Virus record (IMG/VR): IMGVR_UViG_3300035698_013592
DNA: 64,000 nt
Origin: an uncultured virus (IMG/VR IMGVR_UViG_3300035698_013592)
Lineage: Duplodnaviria; Heunggongvirae; Uroviricota; Caudoviricetes
Direction: 5' to 3' (one strand)
In this document: positions 58,675 through 64,000 of the stretch, in pieces
How the letters are laid out: the number at the start of each line of letters is the position of its first letter
How positions within the stretch are numbered: position 1 is the stretch's first letter
Position numbers and translations under genes: made by a program
Notes under the pieces: model-generated
What the model was told of the DNA's origin: nothing
Databases searched by the model: none
What the model saw: the letters and a program-made list of their open reading frames with translations, nothing else

Positions 58675-58702
58675 GAGCCGTCCCTCTTCGGAGGGGCGGC
58701 TC
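58675..58702 (+). terminator. UUCG-capped hairpin upstream of the RAMP locus
   Basis: GAGCCGTCCCTC-TTCG-GAGGGGCGGCTC. Confidence 0.55.
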
Positions 58703-58848
58703 ATCTTGTTACGAGGCCTTCGGGGTCAGGCTTTTCTTTAGCACTCGCCTGTGACGCGTTACTATACCTTGAACCCTGCGGCTACCCTGTTGAGTGGCCG
58801 CGACCTCCACCCGTTGGTAGCGGGTATCTTTACGAAGGGAGTACGAGC

Positions 58849-59631
58849 ATGGAGTACACGCAAGCAGAACTGGACACGCTGTTGGAGGCCGAACGCTGCA
58901 AGGCCACGATCCGCTGCAGGATGCTCCGGCCTTTGGCTGGTGGGCAGCCTGCGGGCAGGGAGGGCGTCGAAGCGTTCGTGCATTATCAGTGCAAGATCGA
59001 CCCAGAGTCCGAAGAAGGTCAGGCTGCCGTCAACCGTATCCTCAAGGATGAGATCGGCGAGCGGGAGACAACCCCGGACGGTGGCGAAGTGAACGAAGCC
59101 GAGAGCTACGGCATCAACGTGATCCGTCGCACCGAACTCGGCCCGTACATTGGCCACCACCAGCTGAAGGCTATGCTCAAGCAGGCGGCGTCTCGCCTTG
59201 GCCTATTCAAAAAGAAGATAGGCAGCAAAGGCGATCTCGTCGAGCTCGGTACCGTCAGTGCCGTCGGGCGTTCCCTGGCTGACCCCGCGCGTCCGTGGGA
59301 GGTGTACCTGTACAAGGTCGACTCCGGCGGCCCGGACGACAACGAGGAGTGCTTCGCTCCGGCGGACACTCACTTCGACAGGCTTCAGGGCAAGGTCAGC
59401 ACTCCTGCTGGGATGAAGAGTATCCAGCATGACACAGAAGTGGCTGAGGAAAGCACGCAGTTCCACTTCGAGCTTCGCTGGCCCACCAAGAAGTTGAAGG
59501 AGGAGGACATGGCGTTGGTCATCGCGGCCGCAACGCAGATCGGCATCGGGTCTTGCCTGTCGCTCGGGTACGGCCGGTTTGAGGTGATGCTGATGACGGT
59601 CGGCGAGCCCCCTGTAGTGGTGGTCGGATAG
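58849..59631 (+). CDS. Stand-alone RAMP/Cas7-like (Csm3-like fold) RNA-binding protein
   Basis: N-terminal strand IRCRMLRPLAGG, PYIGHHQLKAMLKQAA (cf. PxIPGSSLKGxLR), TQFHFELRW, C-terminal Gly-rich loop GIGSCLSLGYGRFEV; no other cas genes in the window. Confidence 0.75.
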   Translation: MEYTQAELDTLLEAERCKATIRCRMLRPLAGGQPAGREGVEAFVHYQCKIDPESEEGQAAVNRILKDEIGERETTPDGGEVNEAESYGINVIRRTELGPYIGHHQLKAMLKQAASRLGLFKKKIGSKGDLVELGTVSAVGRSLADPARPWEVYLYKVDSGGPDDNEECFAPADTHFDRLQGKVSTPAGMKSIQHDTEVAEESTQFHFELRWPTKKLKEEDMALVIAAATQIGIGSCLSLGYGRFEVMLMTVGEPPVVVVG

Positions 59632-59636
59632 TCTAA

Positions 59637-59675
59637 GCGTACACCCCGCAGATTAACACTCTGCGGGGTGTATGT
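59637..59675 (+). other. Perfect hairpin between the RAMP gene and the array (leader/processing element)
   Basis: TACACCCCGCAGA-TTAACAC-TCTGCGGGGTGTA; no U-tract. Confidence 0.75.
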
Positions 59676-59685
59676 GTCGTAACCT

Positions 59686-61350
59686 AGCGGCAAAGCAGGG
59701 CGGAGCGTGACAAAGACGTAGCGGCAAAGCACGACAAGGCATGACCGCGCCGGACTTAGCGGCAAGTCATGGCGCCACGGTACGCTACCTAGAGGCAAAG
59801 CTGCACATTACGGCACAACGCTGTACCTAGCGGCGTGGCCCTACGACACGACACACTACGAAGCGGCATTACGGGACAGCACCAGACCTCACGGAGCGGC
59901 GCAACAAGACATGGCTGTACCACACAAAGCGGTGCAACCAGACATGACCTTACGGTATGGAGCGGCAGGACGGTACGAGACGCAACAGCATGGAGCGGCG
60001 AAACGGAACCAAGCCATACGCTACAGCGCGGCCTCGCCTGTCCCCACCCGACGCAGCGGCAACATAACACAAAACAACACGGAGAGGCACAACAAAACTC
60101 AACACAGCGGCGGAACCCGACGTTACTGAGCTTAACCCGACGCAGCGGCAGAACAAGGCGGGACGGAACAAGACGGAGCGGTATGACATCACGCCCCTCG
60201 ACTCAGCGGCGGAGCTGAACTGAACGTCAACGGAGCGGCAATACGAGGCAGATCGAGACTGAGCAGAACGCAGCGGCAAAGCTGAACTGACCGTTACGGG
60301 ACAAAGCGGCAACACAAAACAAAACGACACGGAGCGGCGAAACCAGGCATGCCTCGACTCAGCGGCGATACGAGACGAAACGGAGCTAAACGTAACGTAG
60401 CGGCTACACAGGACAAGACTATACACATCTCAGCCTCACGAGGCGGCATGACGAAATAGAGCTGTACAGCACGGAGCGGCGAGACATCATAGTACTTCAC
60501 CGTAGCGGCGTGGCAGGGCGAAACTAGACAAAGCGGCAAGGCTCGACGGTCCCGGACAAAACGCAGCGGCAAGTCAGAACAACACAGCACGCCACAAAGC
60601 GGCAGGACAACGCGGAACTCCACGCAGCGGCACTACGGAACCGGACGCAACGGCAATATAGGACAACCCCAAACTGAGCGGCAGAACATGGCTCCACTCG
60701 ACCGGGCGGCATGACATGACTTCACAGTACGAAGCGGCATAGCTGAACAGAACATCGCGGCATAACAACACAAAACTGGACTAAGCGGTAGTACACCACT
60801 AGACGGCACAGGACCTAGCGGCAAAACAGGACAAGTCAGGACATGACCGGACTTAGCGGCAAGGCCCGACGCCACAAAACTGAACACGGCGGCTATACAT
60901 AGCACAACTCAGCGGCAGGACAGCACACCACTCAGCCTAGCGGTGAGGCCCGACGCTACGAGACGCAGCGGCACAACAAAACTTGACGGAGCATAGCGGC
61001 CTGACGGGGCCGGACCAAACGCTACAAAGCGGCTGAACAGCACCAAACTTGACCCAGCGGCTAGGCAAGACTCAACAATACGGAACATTACAAAGCGGCA
61101 GGGCAGGACTGGACCCAACAACACCTGGCGGCTATACACCGCCTGACGTAACGGGACTAAGCGGCAAAACAGGACCTGACGATACGCAGCGGCAAAACCC
61201 AACTTGACATTACTCAGCGGCAGGACAAGGCTGGACGGGACACGCCCGAACCCTACTAAGCGGCGAAACCAGACGCAACACTGCGGCAGTACAGCACCCA
61301 ACGCTACGCCACAGTACGGTGACACACGACCCGACAGAACACTACTCAAC
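59686..61350 (+). repeat. Non-coding array of ~52-53 units, AGCGGC-(NNN-AC)3-7-NN; candidate guide-RNA array
   Basis: Manual parse, e.g. from 60305: AGCGGC aacac aaaac aaaac gacac gg AGCGGC gaaac caggc atgcc tcgac tc AGCGGC gatac gagac gaaac ggagc taaac gtaac gt; unit lengths 8+5n. Confidence 0.9.
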
Positions 61351-61362
61351 AAGGAGAAACGC

Positions 61363-61602
61363 GTGAGGAAAACTGACGCCAAGGCGTTCGCGGCTATAGA
61401 GGCCTGGATTAGCGAGAAGAATGAGTACAGGCATGCCACTCTGGAGATCGGAGGTAAGAACTTCGAGTGTACCCTACACGACGAGTTCCATGGGCTGCAC
61501 GTACACGAGAGTGGTGCGACACCGTTCTGGGCCGCTAAGGCTGCGATAAAGAAGCACAAGACCATGGCTGCTGAGCAGTGGGGGTTGAAGTGGAGACCTT
61601 AA
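61363..61602 (+). CDS. Small hypothetical protein directly after the array
   Basis: AAGGAG RBS then GTG (MRKTDAKAF...). Confidence 0.55.
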   Translation: MRKTDAKAFAAIEAWISEKNEYRHATLEIGGKNFECTLHDEFHGLHVHESGATPFWAAKAAIKKHKTMAAEQWGLKWRP

Positions 61603-61617
61603 CGAGAGGAGGTACCT

Positions 61618-62658
61618 ATGATCTTTGACATGCTGTGCAGGCTGCCAAAGCTGATCGAGCGCTCAAATGAACCACTGGCTCAGAGCGTGGACGTGCGTAC
61701 GCTCCGGGGAGCGCTAAAGCGTTCGAAGTTGTTGCTTGTCCCTCCCCTCTTTATTGGGAAGGAGGATAAGGATTGGAACTCACTCCCTGCCAACACAGTA
61801 GCAGAGTTCTTGCCTCCGTTCCCGGTTTCAGCGGTTGAGACTCCTTTTAATCTCACGATCTTCGATGCTTCGGGACGAATCCCCTTCGATTTTCAAGGAG
61901 ATAAGCAGCCAGAGTACGTGGCGCCGGGCACACCAGGTCTTCTTCATCGCTGGGGGTATGTTTCCTGCGCTCGTATGGCTCAGTGGATGGTGGACGAGCA
62001 GGAGGCTGATGGGGTTCTACCTGGCTTCAATGACCTGGATGTCGAGGCAGACTTACGGGCTGGGGTAGAAATTCACTTTGCCAACTTTGGGTTTATGCAG
62101 GTCTTAGGGTCTGAACCGACAGAGACTGGACGAGTGATGTTGGACGTTACGGGTATCTCGTCTCTCTCCATTCCGTTCTCTAAAGACCGAGTGTACTACT
62201 TTAACCTTGACCCTGAACAGCAGGATTTCAAAGAGGGGTCTGTTGACTCCGCTAAAGATCGTGTGCAGCGTTCCCTAGACGGTATGTGTCTAAAGCTACG
62301 GGACTTGACAGAGCTCAACGCTCCCGACAAGTTTATCCTTGAGACCACGCCGATACTGAGCCCTAAGGCGGAGACGCGCTTGTGTCGTAGTGAGCAGAAG
62401 GTTGGTCACATCAGGCGATCGACCGAGCGCCCTGTCTACACGATACTGAAGCCGCACGACATTCGTAAGAAGATGGGTGTCTCAACCCCCACAGGGAGGA
62501 AGATAGGCTCGCACGAGCGACGAGGGCACCCTCGTACGTATCGCAGTGCCGTATTCAAGAACATGAAGGGCAAGACCGTGTGGATTGAGTCGACGTGGGT
62601 CGGCTGCTCCGAGAAGATCGAAGGCAACAAGCGGTACAAGGTACTGCTGGACAAATGA
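61618..62658 (+). CDS. Hypothetical phage protein with HxRRGH motif
   Basis: GGAGG RBS; SHERRGHPRTY...VWIESTWVG. Confidence 0.6.
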   Translation: MIFDMLCRLPKLIERSNEPLAQSVDVRTLRGALKRSKLLLVPPLFIGKEDKDWNSLPANTVAEFLPPFPVSAVETPFNLTIFDASGRIPFDFQGDKQPEYVAPGTPGLLHRWGYVSCARMAQWMVDEQEADGVLPGFNDLDVEADLRAGVEIHFANFGFMQVLGSEPTETGRVMLDVTGISSLSIPFSKDRVYYFNLDPEQQDFKEGSVDSAKDRVQRSLDGMCLKLRDLTELNAPDKFILETTPILSPKAETRLCRSEQKVGHIRRSTERPVYTILKPHDIRKKMGVSTPTGRKIGSHERRGHPRTYRSAVFKNMKGKTVWIESTWVGCSEKIEGNKRYKVLLDK

Positions 62659-63128
62659 GGAGGACGCCGATGCTGAACTGGAGTATTAAGCCTCACCCGT
62701 GGTTCCAGGATGTTGTGCGGTGGTCGCTTCAGAGAGTGTGTGTGGAGTTGCAGATACCAAAATGTATCAACTCGACGCCGTTCTCCGACACTTTGGGGCT
62801 CGACCCAGTAAGTGACTCTGCGCTTAACTGCATTTGTGCTGAGCTTCTGCGCGGATCGGAGCACGCACTGATGCATAAGCCTACTGGATACCAGTTTCTC
62901 GTTCTTGACCGCGTGTTGCGGTGGTCGCTCAGTGAGTGCGAGCAGGTCGCGGATGGTGCGATAGCTCGTATTCGTGATCGCTACTTCTGGGACAGAGACT
63001 ACGAACAGTACTGTGGCGAGTACCCGCTTTATAACGACCTTACGGTGGGGATAAGTGGCGAGGGGCCGAACAAAAACCACAACGACCCTGCCGAAGAGTT
63101 GAGCAAGCTGCTCTACTCTGACGTATGA
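62595..63128 (+). CDS. Hypothetical protein (true start probably downstream)
   Basis: 177-aa ORF. Confidence 0.5.
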   Translation: MGRLLREDRRQQAVQGTAGQMRRTPMLNWSIKPHPWFQDVVRWSLQRVCVELQIPKCINSTPFSDTLGLDPVSDSALNCICAELLRGSEHALMHKPTGYQFLVLDRVLRWSLSECEQVADGAIARIRDRYFWDRDYEQYCGEYPLYNDLTVGISGEGPNKNHNDPAEELSKLLYSDV

Positions 63129-63141
63129 AAGGAGATGCACG

Positions 63142-63573
63142 ATGGCCGTAGTGTATTCGTATGCAGGGTGGGGTCTCAAGCTACCCCATAGTGAGTTGAC
63201 GGTCCGGCGTAGCCACCCAGCCTGTAAGCATGACTTCCCTTCAGGTAGCAACTTCTGCCCAGAGTGCGGGACGAAGAGCATATGGGCGAGCGAGGTACTT
63301 CGCTGTGGCGTGAATTTGGTCGCCCAGGAGTACAACTCGCTGCAGCTCATCTCAGGGTATAAGTTTGGGGAGGACAAATACGACGTATTCATCGGTATCT
63401 TTGACTCCATCGGTATCTTTGACTCCATGCCTGACTGTACGCTGCCGAAGAATGCTTACGAGGCTGTTACGGAGAATGGGCTCGGAGGCAAACACATTCG
63501 TGATGAGATCAGCGATGAACTACGGGCGTTAGGCGAGTGGGGTTTCTGGCTCTTCACGGTCTGGAAACCATAA
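63142..63573 (+). CDS. Zinc-ribbon hypothetical protein
   Basis: AAGGAG RBS; CKH...NFCPECG. Confidence 0.6.
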   Translation: MAVVYSYAGWGLKLPHSELTVRRSHPACKHDFPSGSNFCPECGTKSIWASEVLRCGVNLVAQEYNSLQLISGYKFGEDKYDVFIGIFDSIGIFDSMPDCTLPKNAYEAVTENGLGGKHIRDEISDELRALGEWGFWLFTVWKP

Positions 63574-63601
63574 CCGAGGGCAACACTAGAGGAGACACAG
63601 G

Positions 63602-64000
63602 ATGTCAACATCAGTAATTTCGTACATCGGGTGGGGCTACAAGCTACCCAAGAGTGCACTGACAACAATACGTACCTCCCCGGGTTGCGGGCACGACGAG
63701 GTCGCCGAAGGCAACAAGTTCTGCCCGGAGTGTGGCAACAAGGGACCCTGCGAACAGGAGGTACCCGTAGACGGCGTGGACATGGACGATGGGATGTACA
63801 AAGGTAGCCTGCAGATCGTTGTTGGGCAGGGCTTTGGATATGACAACGATGACGTATTCATCGGTATCTTCGAGGCTATCAAGTCTGACGGCAACGCTAC
63901 CTCGCCAGAGAACCTCTGGAGCCTGGGTAGGGGTGACAACGGGCGTGAAAGATGCGAGCAGATTGCGGCCGTAGTTACCAACGAGCTGGCCGAAAAGGGT
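63602..64000 (+). CDS. Paralog of the preceding gene, truncated by the window end
   Basis: MSTSVISYIGWGYKLP...KFCPECG...DVFIGIF. Confidence 0.6.
   Translation, partial: MSTSVISYIGWGYKLPKSALTTIRTSPGCGHDEVAEGNKFCPECGNKGPCEQEVPVDGVDMDDGMYKGSLQIVVGQGFGYDNDDVFIGIFEAIKSDGNATSPENLWSLGRGDNGRERCEQIAAVVTNELAEKG

Noticed and set aside
59686..61350. Canonical CRISPR array
   Set aside because: The constant part is only 6 nt and not palindromic, and the intervening sequences have their own fixed 5-nt scaffold rather than being free spacers.
59686..61350. TIGR-type array or diversity-generating retroelement
   Set aside because: The adjacent protein looks like a RAMP, not a Nop-domain protein; there are no box C/D-like motifs, no reverse transcriptase and no TR/VR pair.
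59385..61565. Cys/Arg/Val-rich ORFs on both strands across the array (e.g. 59950..60426, 60909..61565, 59835..60218)
   Set aside because: They are short, mutually overlapping, lack RBSs and are low-complexity by-products of a period-5 repeat.

Overview
Fragment of a large dsDNA bacteriophage genome. It is densely coding, essentially all on the + strand, with no integrase or rRNA; the host cannot be determined from sequence. 1-20 kb: replication/recombination/repair genes (3' exon of a family A DNA polymerase behind the 3' end of a group I intron, SSB-like protein, RecA/UvsX, XRE regulator, DUF932-like, SplB-like radical SAM, MazG-like, DnaQ-like exonuclease, RuvC-like) among many hypothetical genes. 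25.5-28.9 kb: portal-like protein, PAS-GAF protein and a membrane protein. 28.9-39.1 kb: glycan cluster (NeuB, NeuA fused to a GT29-type sialyltransferase, three radical SAM enzymes, formyltransferase, deacetylase, GT2s). 42-49.5 kb: RNA island with a tmRNA, seven RNAs sharing a Y-RNA-like stem (four with circularly permuted tRNA modules), other tRNA-like RNAs, Ro60/TROVE and a MYG1-like nuclease. 50.7-54.5 kb: complete ubiquitin-like module (Ubl, E2, JAB, E1). The standout is 58.8-61.35 kb: a stand-alone Cas7/RAMP-fold gene, a hairpin, and a ~1.67 kb non-coding array of ~52-53 units, each AGCGGC-(NNN-AC)3-7-NN. This is a non-CRISPR, 5-nt-periodic candidate guide-RNA array. All protein calls come from motif recognition by eye; no database searches were run.
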